Positions 10,003 through 21,905 of a stretch of DNA of 34,146 nucleotides are shown piece after piece. The position numbers and the translations under genes were made by a program. This DNA comes from Octopus sinensis. Its lineage: Eukaryota. Every line of letters starts with the position of its first letter. Position 1 is the stretch's first letter. The stretch covers positions 1 through 34,146 of the forward strand of contig NW_021831893.1 in assembly GCF_006345805.1 (NCBI RefSeq). Direction: 5' to 3'. Below the pieces are notes generated by a model, which saw only the letters and a program-made list of their open reading frames with translations, was not told where the DNA came from and ran no database searches.

Positions 10003-10086
10003 TACATATATACATATATACATATATATATATAGACCTACATACATACATACACACATACATACATACATACATACATACATACA

Positions 10087-10118
<32 letters not shown>

Positions 10119-10120
10119 CG

Positions 10121-10353
10121 CAGGGTTGGTCCAAAGTCACCTGACAGTAAATCAAAACCATTTGATTCCAAGATTTATTTATGTTTAACAACTGAATGAA
10201 TTTATTAAAAGCATCTAAATATGAAACATCGTGAAAATTGTTCAAACTGAAGTCCTTCTTGAGCGACATATTTTCCCATTCGAGTCGCTACAGCATTACA
10301 GAGAGTATTTATGGAATTTTTATTTACTGTCAGGTAACTTTTGGCCAGCCCTG
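10121..10353. mobile_element. 233-bp Tc1/mariner deletion derivative (MITE) with ~32-bp TIRs
   Basis: CAGGGTTGGTCCAAAGTCACCTGACAGTAAAT ... ATTTACTGTCAGGTAACTTTTGGCCAGCCCTG|TA. The interior holds a transposase C-terminal remnant (..EGLQFEQF) on the minus strand. Confidence 0.85.
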
Positions 10354-10786
10354 TATATATATATAATTAAAAAATGGGACAACAAAACATCCAGATAGAT
10401 GATACAAAGAAAACAAGGACAGATCATTGGAAGTTTTCTTTCCTCAGTCAATTAGCAGATTATCTTCGCAATTTCGGCTGATTATACTTGAGATTGCTCC
10501 AATCTGGCCAGCCCCAAGGAAAAACTAAGCTAAGAGCATTAGATTCCTTGGAAGAAAGCAGCGAATGTATACAAAAACAAGGACGGAAAAAAACGGATAA
10601 TGTTACACAAATACAATGAAAATAATAATAGGACATAACAACAGGTGTCTTTCGACTAAGGTCGAATTAAGTTAAGCTGGCATGTGTGGAAATGAAGCCT
10701 TACGGTAGGGATACAAGATTTCACAAACACAAGGAGGAATATCGATGTTGCACGGACAACGGCCAGACCAAGAAAGAAAGAACTGA

Positions 10787-10821
<35 letters not shown>

Positions 10822-11404
10822 TGATACTTCCTTTAGGCATACCGGTATTAATAACCTGGTGTGAAAACTCAATATACATATGCTTTAGAAGTCGGGTACA
10901 GAGCGGAAATAAGAAATTAGAATGACAAAGGAATGTTACACATGGCCATTTTCTTTTCTTCTTTTCAGTAACCAAAATACTAGTCTAGCTCACGTCACAC
11001 TGCAAACCCTCCTCTCACCACAACCACCACGTATCACACCTACTAATCACCCTCTTTCTGAGTTACTCAGGGAACGAAGTTTCTCGAAAAGCAAAGCGAC
11101 CGCTTAACTCACTCTACACAAGCACACCGCTTTCTCCCGCTATTTCTCACACTATCGCTGTCGGCTGGCGAGCCAACAAGAAAGTTTTTTTTACGTGTTT
11201 ACCCAATTTGCTAGAAACAGCAGTCAAATTTATCACAATCCACAATCTGCCATCTTAGAAAAGGACCCGTAGTGTTAAATGGTTTTGTGTTCTCTGCACG
11301 TTGAAAAATACCTTGCTGGTCATGGTTGGAATGTTTTTGATCATATTTTAATTGATCAAGGCGAACTAGTGCTAAACAATAATAAAAGTAACCCTTCTGG
11401 ATGG

Positions 11405-11460
<56 letters not shown>

Positions 11461-11507
11461 GGCGCAGGAATGGCTGCGTGGTAAGTAGCTTGCTTACCAG
11501 TCACATG
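11461..11507 (+). mobile_element. SINE 5' head fragment
   Basis: GGCGCAGGAATGGCTGCGTGGTAAGTAGCTTGCTTACC matches the head of the fuller SINE at 23721. Confidence 0.65.
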
Positions 11508-11684
11508 TATATATATACAGCGTGCGGTAAAATGACCTGACATATTTGTGTGTTTAATGAAAGCAAACGAGAGTAAAGAATGAAAAATATATTTCTATTT
11601 TCGAAATCTACATATAATGCCATTTTGTTTAATTTGGTTTTAAAAATTAAATCTGTTAAGTGGGTGCCTTTACTGTCTACACAC

Positions 11685-12369
11685 TGTTAACGAGTCATTT
11701 CATGTCGAATGGCAGCAATTTCTTGACGAATGGCATCTTTTAGTTGATCAATAGATCGAGGGCGATGAGTGTATACCTCTGATTTCATGTATCCTCGCAC
11801 GGGTTCAAATCAGGTAATCGGGCGGGTTAACCGATGTCACCGCGCAATGAGATCAAATGATCGGGGAAAATCTCCCTCAAAATCCTCTTCACACGTCGAG
11901 AAGTGTGAGCTGTTGCCCCTTCCTGTTCAAAGCAAACATTCTCCCTATCGTCAAGTTCATTCAATTTGTGTTTCAGAAAAGTCTCTAGCATCACACAATA
12001 TCGACCAGAGTTCACAGTCACTGTAAAATTGTCTTCTTCGAAGAAGTACAGACTCCAAATGCCGAATTCTGCTGTCGCAGAATTTCACGTAGGTACGGGA
12101 TCATGTCTACATAATACACAGAACGCTTTTCATGTTGCAGTTACGGATTCGTTGTTCTTGATAAACGTTTCCACAATGAAAGTGCGATGCTCGTCCGTCC
12201 AATACATGTTGGCAGCTGAAAGCAAAATGAGGCAAAATGTCACAAATTGCACCTATTGAAACAAAATGGCGTTATGTGTGCATTTCGAAAATAAAAACAC
12301 ATTTTTCGTTCTTTTGTCTATTCCCCTTTTATTAAACCTAGAAATGTGTCAGATTATTTTGCCGCAAAC
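11685..12369 (-). mobile_element. Internally deleted Tc1/mariner-superfamily transposon (pseudogenised transposase)
   Basis: MYWTDEHRTFIVETFIKNNESVTAT (ATG at 12207), VNSGRYCVMLETFL, F.Q.GATAHT, LISLRGDIG.WPARSP, YMKSEVYTHRPRSIDQLK. CAG...GCGGCAAAATAATCTGACACA terminus at ~12369. Confidence 0.85.
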
Positions 12370-12456
12370 TGTGTGTGTGTGTGTGCGTGTGTGGGTGTGT
12401 GTGTGTGTATTTATATATATATATAATATATATATATATATATGTATGTATTTAGT

Positions 12457-12489
<33 letters not shown>

Positions 12490-13302
12490 GTGTATATATA
12501 TATATAATATATATATATATATATAATATGTATGTGAATATATATATATATATATATATAATATATATATGTGTGTGTTTGTGTGAATATATATACATAT
12601 ATCATACATACACATATATGTATGTAGATACAGATACATATATACGTATGTATGCATGTATGTATGTATGTATGTATGTATGTATGTATGTATGTATGTA
12701 TGTATGTATGTATGTATGTATGGGTGTATGTATGGGTGTATAGTTATTTCGTGTTACACTAAGAAGCGGTGTACGGTACCAAAATTTTCGACTTGGATCA
12801 AATATCTTTGTACGTATATCCGCCTAAGCGGAATCCGGACCGGCTCGTTTATACCGGTATCGAGTTGTATTACTTGTAATGATGAAGTCGAACCGAATAG
12901 TGATATTTTGAAATCATTTAATAAGTACGTTTCACTCTAACCACATACATATTCAAATATTTCCTTCAATTTCTTCAGTTTTGAAATGCTTTAACTGAGG
13001 AAGGTTTAAGTAATGGATGTATTTCCTGTTTTATATTAAACAAACCTAAAACTTGTATTATAAATGATCTCCAAATATCATTATTTGGTTTGACTTCATT
13101 ATTACAATTATGTGTACGTATACATACATACACACATATATATATATATGTATATATATATGTGTGTGTGTATGTATGTATGTATGTATGTATGTATATG
13201 TATGTGTGTGTGTATGTACGTATGTATGCATGTGAAAGCGCGTGTACCGTTGGCGAATTTTTTCCCTCCGTCTTCCCTTCTTTGGATCTTTCCTTTTCCT
13301 AT

Positions 13303-13337
13303 GTTTCTGACGAAGAGCTCCGCTCGAAACGTTAAAC
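13303..13337 (+). ncRNA. Well-formed minimal type I hammerhead ribozyme motif in a (TA)n-embedded fragment
   Basis: GTTT-CTGACGA-A-GAGC(TCC)GCTC-GAA-ACGT-T-AAAC: complete core, 4-bp helices I and II, palindromic ACGT helix III, GUU triplet. Confidence 0.75.
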
Positions 13338-13342
13338 CCTCC

Positions 13343-13444
<102 letters not shown>

Positions 13445-13447
13445 ATA

Positions 13448-13688
13448 TAGTGTACATTTAAACACATTAAGAGTTTTCCGTCATTAGAATCCTTTACGCT
13501 AGAAAGAACAGCTAAAGTCCAAACCAATTATTAGGGATAAATTCTCGAAGGACCAGACATGGTACATGTTTTTATTTTTCATTCCCTTCGAGAATCTATC
13601 CCTAATTAGTGGTTTGGACTTTAGCTGTTCTTTCTAGCGTAAAGGATTCCTATGATGGAAACCTCTTAATGTATTTAAATGTACACTG
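13448..13688. mobile_element. Fold-back MITE with ~105-bp inverted arms and 33-bp spacer, TA-flanked
   Basis: 13445-13551 vs 13585-13691: about 9 mismatches in 107 bp. Ends TA|(C>T)AGTG...CACTG|TA, Tc1-type. Confidence 0.8.
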
Positions 13689-13712
13689 TATTTTATATAG
13701 ATAATATATAGT

Positions 13713-13747
13713 TTTCGACGTTTCAAACTTATGATCTTCGCCAGAAA
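13713..13747 (-). ncRNA. Degenerate hammerhead motif
   Basis: TTT-CTGGCGA-A-GATC(ATAA)GTTT-GAA-ACGT-C-GAAA: A6>G in the core, one mismatch in helix II, GUC triplet. Confidence 0.45.
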
Positions 13748-13769
13748 TGGATGGGAGGAATCAGAGACT

Positions 13770-15530
13770 TCGAGAAACAGAATGAAATGTGTAAGATCTA
13801 CATAAACGGAACCTGCTTGCACGGAGACACTAGGACAAGCTGCTGATTTGCTCATCCCAAATCTCGTAAGACTGGAACCAGATTTTCTCATCCCAAATCC
13901 CGTGATACGTGAGGATTGTCCCCAACAGGATAAACACTTCAATCGAGATACAGCAAACACACCGTCTCCACCATGGCGATGTATGGCGGTCGAATGTACT
14001 ACTCCCCACCACCACAAGCATCACAAACATATACAGTATGTAGATGCAGTACGGACAACAGTAGCCGAAAAATGGAATTGTAAGAGAGCCGACTTGGTTT
14101 CATCAAACAAGCTATCAAAGCTATTCGCACCAACACCGCAAACAGCAAAAAATCTAGGGTGACCTCCCTTGACACCGCCACAAACATCACACCAATGGTC
14201 ACTACTGATGTTTCATACATCACACCAGTGTTATTGCTGAATGCCAGAAGCCTTGTAAAGCATACCAACCAGTCTAAAGTCCCATGCCTAAGAGGCTTAG
14301 TCACATGTAATCAAGCATTATGCATAAAGGAGTAGGCAGAACAGACGCTAAAAATTATAGGCCTGTCTCTCTGACCTCACATGTCAGCAAAGGCATAGAG
14401 CGAATTGTTAGGAGGAAGTTCATCGTCTTCCTAGAAGATAATGACCTTCTTCCTGACCTTCTTCTAGCATAGCTTCCGCTCAGGAAAAAGCTGCCTTACA
14501 CAGTTTCTGCAGCATGATAACTATATGTTGAGACAACTTATGAATCGTTTAAGCGCGGATTTTGCAAAGGCCTATGATAAGGTTGATCACGGGATGATGT
14601 GTCACAAATTACATGGACTCAGTATAGTTGGAAAACTAGAAGAGTGGTTACATGACTTCTTGAAAGACTAAAACCTGGCTTAGCGATAAATGAATCCTTC
14701 TCAAAGGAGACATATTTAGTAAGTGAAGTGCTATTTGTGGTAGCTCTCTCAGACATACCATCGCTTATACAGGTAGCCACTCTCACTAGCTATGCTGATG
14801 ATACAAAAGTAGCATAAGCAGTCAAGAACCCTTTTTGATGCTAATCTTCTACAGAAAGATCTAGATGCCTTATAGATATGAGCTGAAGAAAACAACATGC
14901 AATTTAATACAAGAAAATTCCTCCGTTATCAGCCATCTTGTGTTAAAACATTACAACAAAGATATTTCAGACCAGAAGGAGCAACGATCTTAGAATTAAA
15001 CCAAGTGCATCATCTGAGGATGGATATGGTTCATGTACATATCACCAAGATGGGAACAATGTGCAAGCGAATGGCTGTATAAATTCTGAGAATTTTCAGA
15101 AGCTGATCCTTTGGACGACATTTTCTCTCAGTCCTCTGGGCCGCTGCTCTCAGCTATGGACACTCTACTGTGTGAAATTAAAAGCTCGAAACAACTGGAT
15201 AGTGCTACACCATGAAGATTGCTTCAGTAAGAGAGTTGAATTACTGGGATAGGCTAAAAGAATTACGACTGTACTCCATGGAGCAAAGACGTGTAAGGTA
15301 TACAATAAGAAGTATGGAAGATCTTAGAGAAACTGGCACCAAACTTTGGCAACTAGAATTATACCAACTCCTGAACAGGAAGTCACTCTTCAGTGGCAAC
15401 GGCCCCAACATTTCGAGGATTCAACGACAATATGAGTCTTCAAAGACAGTTGCCCCCATATTTGTTGTTGAATGCTCGTTGAAATGAGGAATAGATACAC
15501 AGCCGAACAACTGATGAAGGGTTTTTCTCT
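13770..15530 (+). mobile_element. Degraded CR1-group LINE: ORF1 C-terminus, start of APE, large internal deletion, RT and 3' end
   Basis: CKIYINGTCLHG...C.FAHPK (CCCH-like), LLLNARSL (APE start, ~14230), KNYRPVSLTSHVSK, DFAKAYDKVDHG, SYADDTKV, RELNYWDRLKELRLYSME.RR. Confidence 0.85.
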
Positions 15531-15684
15531 GTGTTTACTTGTCCTGTTTTCCTTTTTTTCTCTTGTTGTTTACGCATTTAACTCGTTTGATTACATATTT
15601 CATGTTGTTTATACAGTTGGTGATGTCCTGTACCCATATATGCATATATAAATATATATATATATATATATACATGTATATATA

Positions 15685-15800
<116 letters not shown>

Positions 15801-15989
15801 ATACATACACACACTCTTACACACACACAAACACAATGAACACGGCTACTCTCACGCATGTATCTACGTATGTCAACACAAGCAGGCGTGGACGATAACA
15901 TGATGTGCTTATGTGTTAACTGCATCTAAGAGGTCGATATACGCAGCACGTAATCCGTTTCTAAATAGCGCTGTTTGCTAAACAGGACA

Positions 15990-16240
15990 CTAAGAGAAAA
16001 CCGCCAATGAGCTGGTCGGTAAACGGTGGTAACTCTGGAAAGCTGGTGGAGCGGGGGCGGGTAGTGGGAGGCGGTCGGGTAATCTAAGAGGGGTTCGGTC
16101 ATCTTGGTAAGATCGCTAGGTCAATAAAAAGGAACCTAGAACGTGTATCGCATACGCTGTATGGCACACCCTGCCTGTATTGCATACAATTAGTGTGTCA
16201 GCACACTTGTAATTAGAGATACAGGCTCATAATTAAAAAC
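15990..16240. promoter_or_regulatory. Promoter/enhancer-like unique island
   Basis: CCAAT (16004-16008), GGGGCGGG (16054-16061), GGGAGGCGG (16066-16074), several TAAT/ATTA cores. Motif match only. Confidence 0.25.
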
Positions 16241-16836
16241 CCACACGTATCTAGAAGTATCTATGTACATATATATATATGTGTGTGTATACATGCATAT
16301 ATATGTACACACACACGCACGCGCGTATATATATAGTAGCTGCTCAAATGATTTGAACTCAGACCCGACCCCGATGTCTCGAAGTCTTTACGAGGGACCA
16401 ATTCTGCAGGTTAAAAAGTGGTTATAAGAGGAATCCAAAGAGCACATACTGAGGCAATTATATAGATAAACAAACTAAATATAAAGGCTTAAGTTTCATA
16501 TACAATATGTGTACGTGTATGTGTGTGTGTGTGTGCGTGTGTGTGTGAGTGTGCGTGCGTGTGTGTGTGTGAGTGTGTGTGTGCATGCAAACAGAAAGAC
16601 AGCCGAGGTTTTCTGACGATGAATATTCAAGTATAAATATATTGAAATCAATAGACCAAACTTACAAAGTACAGACACAGACAAACTTAAAGGAGAGGAA
16701 GTAATATGTTATAAGTCTAACAGCTGTTTCTGGGAGATCTGTCATAATGTTGGTAGATGTAGTTACCAAAGTATGCAGCCAGTAATTGAAGCAAATAAGC
16801 ATTGGATAATATACATGCGTATATATTATATATATA

Positions 16837-17208
16837 TACTAGCAGTATCGCGCCGCGTTTGCTCAGGTTTGTAAGGGAATAACTATATAAGCATTTTTAG
16901 AGAGTTATAGCCAAAAAATAGCAAAAAAATGAAAAAAATGATGGTAAATTTTTTTTTGAGGAAATAAAAGGTTAGTTGCGTCCCCTAGACAGTCTGTGGT
17001 TTGTTTTTTTTTATTCTCGACCCCATGTCGAATTTATCGATTTTTTTCAGAACTGGGGGAACTTTTCAAAATTTTCGCTGCGTTAGTTTTGAATTATGAC
17101 ATGGGCTATGTGTGTGTCAAGTTTCATCAGAATCGTTGAAGCCGTGGTCAGGGTGAGGGTACAGAAAACAGACACACAGAAACACGCACAGACAACGCCG
17201 TTATATAG

Positions 17209-17210
<2 letters not shown>
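16837..17210 (+). mobile_element. Non-autonomous Helitron/Helentron-associated (HINE/DINE-like) element
   Basis: 5' TACTAGCAGTATCGCGCCGCGTTTGCTC; 3' AAGTTTCATCAGAATCG...ACAGACACACAGA...GCCGTTATATA, typical termini of this class, inserted in (TA)n. Confidence 0.7.
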
Positions 17211-17257
<47 letters not shown>

Positions 17258-17395
17258 AAGGTTTGGAGATGATGTACAGGTATTATAATTAGAAGAAATG
17301 AGTAAATCAGAAATCGATGGTTATATTTATAGATATTTATTTATATATACATTTTTTACATATATATATCATATCATTCATATCATATCATTCAG

Positions 17396-17433
17396 ATTAT
17401 TAGCGCTTTCTCCATAGTGGGTTTTCAAATCAA
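17396..17433 (-). ncRNA. Hammerhead-like motif, U3:A8 core variant, unrelated in helix sequence to the PLE copy
   Basis: GAT-TTGAAAA-C-CCA(CTA)TGG-A-GAAA-GCGC-TA-ATAAT: palindromic AGCGCT helix III, C.A mismatch closing helix II, weak helix I. Confidence 0.45.
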
Positions 17434-17576
17434 ATAATTGATTGATATATATATATATATAATATAATATATATATATATATAAATGAGGGTGAAAAATT
17501 TGATATTAATTTAATAATACCATCAATTTAACACCAAGTGGCTTAGCACATAAAACTAGGGAGATAATACAAATTT

Positions 17577-17650
<74 letters not shown>

Positions 17651-18391
17651 GAGTTTTCTACTCTAGGCACAAGGCCCGAAGTTTTGTGGGAAGGCGCCAG
17701 TCGATTACATCGACTCCAGTATGCAACTGAACAGCAGAAGTGAAACTTTTGATCCTTGACCATACGAAAGTAAGTACTTCCTATCATGCCTGCATGTCCC
17801 ATCGTGAATATAATCACCAGTCCTCCAGCTTCGGCTCTACCTCCATCCATCAATATCTGGGAATCCGGCAAAGAATTTGATCAAAATATAAACAAATGCA
17901 CTCACAAACACACTCGTCCTAACATGGCAGACATCCCTGGAATAGACCATTTCTCTCCACCCACCCCAATATAATCCCCGACACATATTGTACCCCTACC
18001 CACACCGCATGCCTGGATCCAATGCCCCAAGAATTTAACCAAAACACAAAAGAGAGAAAACACACTAACGAACACAGATGTGTAAGCTCCCTGCAAAGAT
18101 ATGCATGCCCTCCTGTTCTGTTTTCTGTTCTGTAAAAATGAACTAAGCAGAAGAGGAGGATACACGTGGGATAGAAGTGTTGCTGAAAAGGTCACAAGTG
18201 TGTGACGAAAAATTTCCAGACCATGGACATGAGAGGAAATATGAACAGTAGTAAACAAGTGAAGAACGAATATATAGTGCTTGTGTTTTATTTGGCAGGA
18301 AAAAATGACCATCCCGAAATATAACAATGTTTCAACACAGATTTCTCATCAGGACCTTGCATAAAACACATTCATAAACAATGTGCGTGTG

Positions 18392-18392
<1 letters not shown>

Positions 18393-18432
<40 letters not shown>

Positions 18433-18661
18433 GTGTTTATATGCATATGTATGTATATGCATATTTATACATATATATCTGTGTGTGTGTGTGAGTGTGT
18501 GTATGTATGCGTGTGGTGTGTGTGTGTGTGTGCGTGTGTGTTTATATGTATATGTATGTATATGCATATTTATACATATATATCTGTGTGTGTGTGTGTG
18601 AGTGTGTGTATGTATGCGTGTGTGTGTGTGTGTGTATGTGTGTGTGAGTGCGTGTGCATGC

Positions 18662-18708
<47 letters not shown>

Positions 18709-18710
18709 CA
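18393..18710. repeat. (TG)n field containing a ~110-bp tandem duplication
   Basis: GTGTGTTTATATG(C/T)ATATGTATGTATATGCATATTTATACATATATATCTGTG... occurs twice (~18430 and ~18538). Confidence 0.85.
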
Positions 18711-19167
18711 CGCGTGTGTGCATGAAAGCGAGAGAAAGCTGAGTGAAAAAAATGCCCCAACACATTTTCAGAACGCATTCATTATTTACAGCTGAGTTTT
18801 CTTTCTGTAGCTACTCTGAGTTTTTTTTTTTTTTATTATTCTCCTGTTTTTCCGGCTACAATAAACGGAAGTTAAAGCTTCATGGATAGCTTTATATATT
18901 GTTATGAACATTTCCTAAACGGATTTAAATGTTACACTTTAAACATAAAGATATTTAGAATTCATAAAAAAAAAAAAAGAACCAGCTGTGAATTCCAATA
19001 CAAAATACTATTTGAGCGCTCGAATATGAACATACACCCACACACTCATACACATAAATACACAAACATATATATGCAGACAAAATGGTAGAAGATTATA
19101 TTATATTATATATATATATTATATATATATATTCCTAAACTAGCACATGACTATCCCCAAATACAAC

Positions 19168-19202
<35 letters not shown>

Positions 19203-19366
19203 CATACATACATACATACATATATATGTAAATATATATGTATGTATGTATGTATATGGCGACACTAGTACTCTACATTTGTGGATAAAACGAATAAGAT
19301 ATACGAGTTAGATATATATATATGCGTACACACGTACGCACGCACACACACACACACACACACATG

Positions 19367-19459
<93 letters not shown>

Positions 19460-19986
19460 TAATTACGTATTATATAAGTGCATATTAACTTCACTACGCG
19501 ACAATATAACAAAAGCCTATAAAAATGATCGCGCAATGACATTTACAACGACAGTAGTACTCAAGCTAAACAAATAGCTGTCGGGCTTAGCATAGGTAAC
19601 GAAGCCCACGGCTTAGCCAAGAAAAAACGTAAATGTTTGACTCAAAGACTTCAATAAGACGCCGACAGCTAGCTTAATTATCCCTGCAAAACCAAGCAAA
19701 ACCAGAAAAAATATCTCGAAAAGTAGTCTTTCATAAGATTTATTTATGAGGTAAAACCCATCGATATCATAAAGAGCAAATACAGATATAGATTTATTTA
19801 ATTGAGCATTGTATATTTATACCCAACTATTACTACAGTCATGGAGGTAGTGACGAAAATTAACGACGCGGGACTCTGTCGAGGCTCCGCGACCGGAATG
19901 AGTACAATTATACCCTTAGATGAGCTAGAACAACAGAACGTTGTAAAATTTCACTCTTGTTTAACAACAGCAAACACTATGTAGAA

Positions 19987-20187
19987 CAGTGCTTTTCAAA
20001 CTTTTTGCTGAAGCAGAACCCTAAGGAAACGTTCCACTGGCTCGAGGAACCCCTGTGCAATAATTTAATTGTCTTATGCACACATATCTGCACAGGACAA
20101 TTAAAAATTACTGTCGATTTTAGCATTTTTGTAACTTCTTGCGGAACCCCTGGACTGTACTGGCGGAACCCTGGTTGAAAACCACTG
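19987..20187. mobile_element. 201-bp hAT MITE with perfect 8-bp target-site duplication ATGTAGAA
   Basis: TIRs CAGTGCTTTTCAAAC / GGTTGAAAACCACTG; ATGTAGAA immediately before 19987 and at 20188-20195. Confidence 0.93.
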
Positions 20188-20574
20188 ATGTAGAATATAA
20201 GAAAGTATGGAAAAGTATATGACGTTTCTATAAGTAATGATGCCGGTGCTGAACTGTGTGAACACACTAACCTATTTCTCCAGAATGAAGTGATGCAGAT
20301 AGTCAACGAAACTGTTCTGTGGTTGTATAAAAACGCTAGCATAATGGTTTCAATGAAGCGATGAGGGATCACAACCATCATAGCCACCAACCTCGTATCT
20401 ACCAAATTCGTAAATAACTTTTATATAACCAATCTCTATATTAATGAATTCATAGTTAACTACACAACGTTTTCGGATATTTTGAAATGTATAGTGTAAT
20501 TTTTAATGCGCATACAATTTTGGTCTTATTATGAAATGCAAACACATGTCTACCCCGCAGATTTTTTATTTTCC

Positions 20575-21575
20575 AGTTGATAGATGAAATAAGGTGGATG
20601 AAGAATTTTTTCCCAACCAAGTTCTTCGATCTTCTGTGATGTGATCTTTGCAGTGTGGCGTCGCGCATTGTCCTGATGAAACATCACTCCTTTTCGATTC
20701 ACTAAAGCGGTTTTTTCTTTCCTTCAAAGATTGCTTCAAACGCTCTAATTGCTGACAATAGACTTGAGCATTGATTGTTGCATTAGGTGGTAACAATTCA
20801 AAGTGAATTACTCCTTTGCAATCCCGCCAGATAGAGAGAAGAACCTTTTTCCCATGAAGTTCCCTTCTCGGTTATGGTTAAGCCTTTTCCCTTTTTACCA
20901 AGTTTAACATTTCGATAGAAGATCCATTTTTCGTCACCAGTTACAAATCAATCTAAAAAGGGTGAAATGAGTTCGCGAGAATGGAGAGAAAAGCAGATGT
21001 CAACTCGGGATTTGCAGTTGCTTTTGGACAATTCATGAGGCACCCATTTTCCAAGTTTAGGAACCTTTCCAAGTTGTTGAAGATGACTATGAACAGTTGT
21101 GTGGTTTGACCTAAGCTTTATTGCCAATTTTTCAACTGATAATGCAGGATTTTCTTCAAGTAATGCCTCAAGGAGCTTATCATCAAACTCAACTGGATGT
21201 CCTGTTCGATCTTCCTCTTCACGGCTGAAATCTCCACTTCTGAATTTTGCAAACCATCTTCAGCAAGTTCTTTCATTCAAGCATTCTTTCCCATAAACTG
21301 AGTGTATGTTCAGAGTCGCTTCGGCTGCAGAGCTTCCTTTTTTGTACTCCTAAAACATTATGCGCCTTAAATGCTCTTTGGATAACTCCATGACAGAAAG
21401 GGTTTTAATCAAAGAAATTTTAATTCTATTATTCTGTAAAATAATATTTAATTAGTTTAAATATACACATATGCATAAAAATAATTTTAATTTCCATTAG
21501 ACATTCTAAAATACTATTAAATTTCATTCAATTGTAAAAAAGATAAAATCGAACTAAACTTATGGAATAACCTGA
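20575..21575 (-). mobile_element. Mariner (DD34D-type) transposon fossil, 3'-truncated
   Basis: ATG at 21391 (MELSKEHLRRIM), RWFAKFRSGDFS.EEEDR.G.P, GKWVPHEL, TGDEKW, FHQDNARRH, ILHPPY. TA|TCAGGTTATTCCATAAG terminus at 21575. Confidence 0.9.
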
Positions 21576-21644
21576 TACATGCACATTTACATATTTATAT
21601 GCATGTATACACACACACACGCACATATATATATATACACACAC

Positions 21645-21698
<54 letters not shown>

Positions 21699-21868
21699 AT
21701 ATGTATGTAGGTATATTTGCATGTATGTATGTATGTATATATGTATGTATATAAAAGTACATATATCTAGTAATGCTTCGATATACGTGTTAATTCGTTC
21801 TGCATGCATGCATACATACATCCATGCACACATACATACATACATGCATACATACATATATACATACA

Positions 21869-21905
<37 letters not shown>

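Noticed and set aside
10365-10660. (TA)n-embedded fragment with CTGAGGA on the minus strand
   Set aside because: It probably belongs to the same class of retroelement stubs, but GAAA and the helices are not recoverable from this copy.
11040-11175. Short hairpins CTGAG-TTA-CTCAG and GGCT-GGCG-AGCC
   Set aside because: Stems of 4-5 bp are expected by chance and there is no supporting context.
15511-15523. CTGATGAAGGG, hammerhead-like start
   Set aside because: No helix II or GAAA follows; it lies in the LINE 3' end.
16614-16655. CTGACGA-TG-AATAT...ATATT-GAAATC, possible hammerhead
   Set aside because: No palindromic or paired helix III and no convincing helix I; AT-only pairing is likely by chance.
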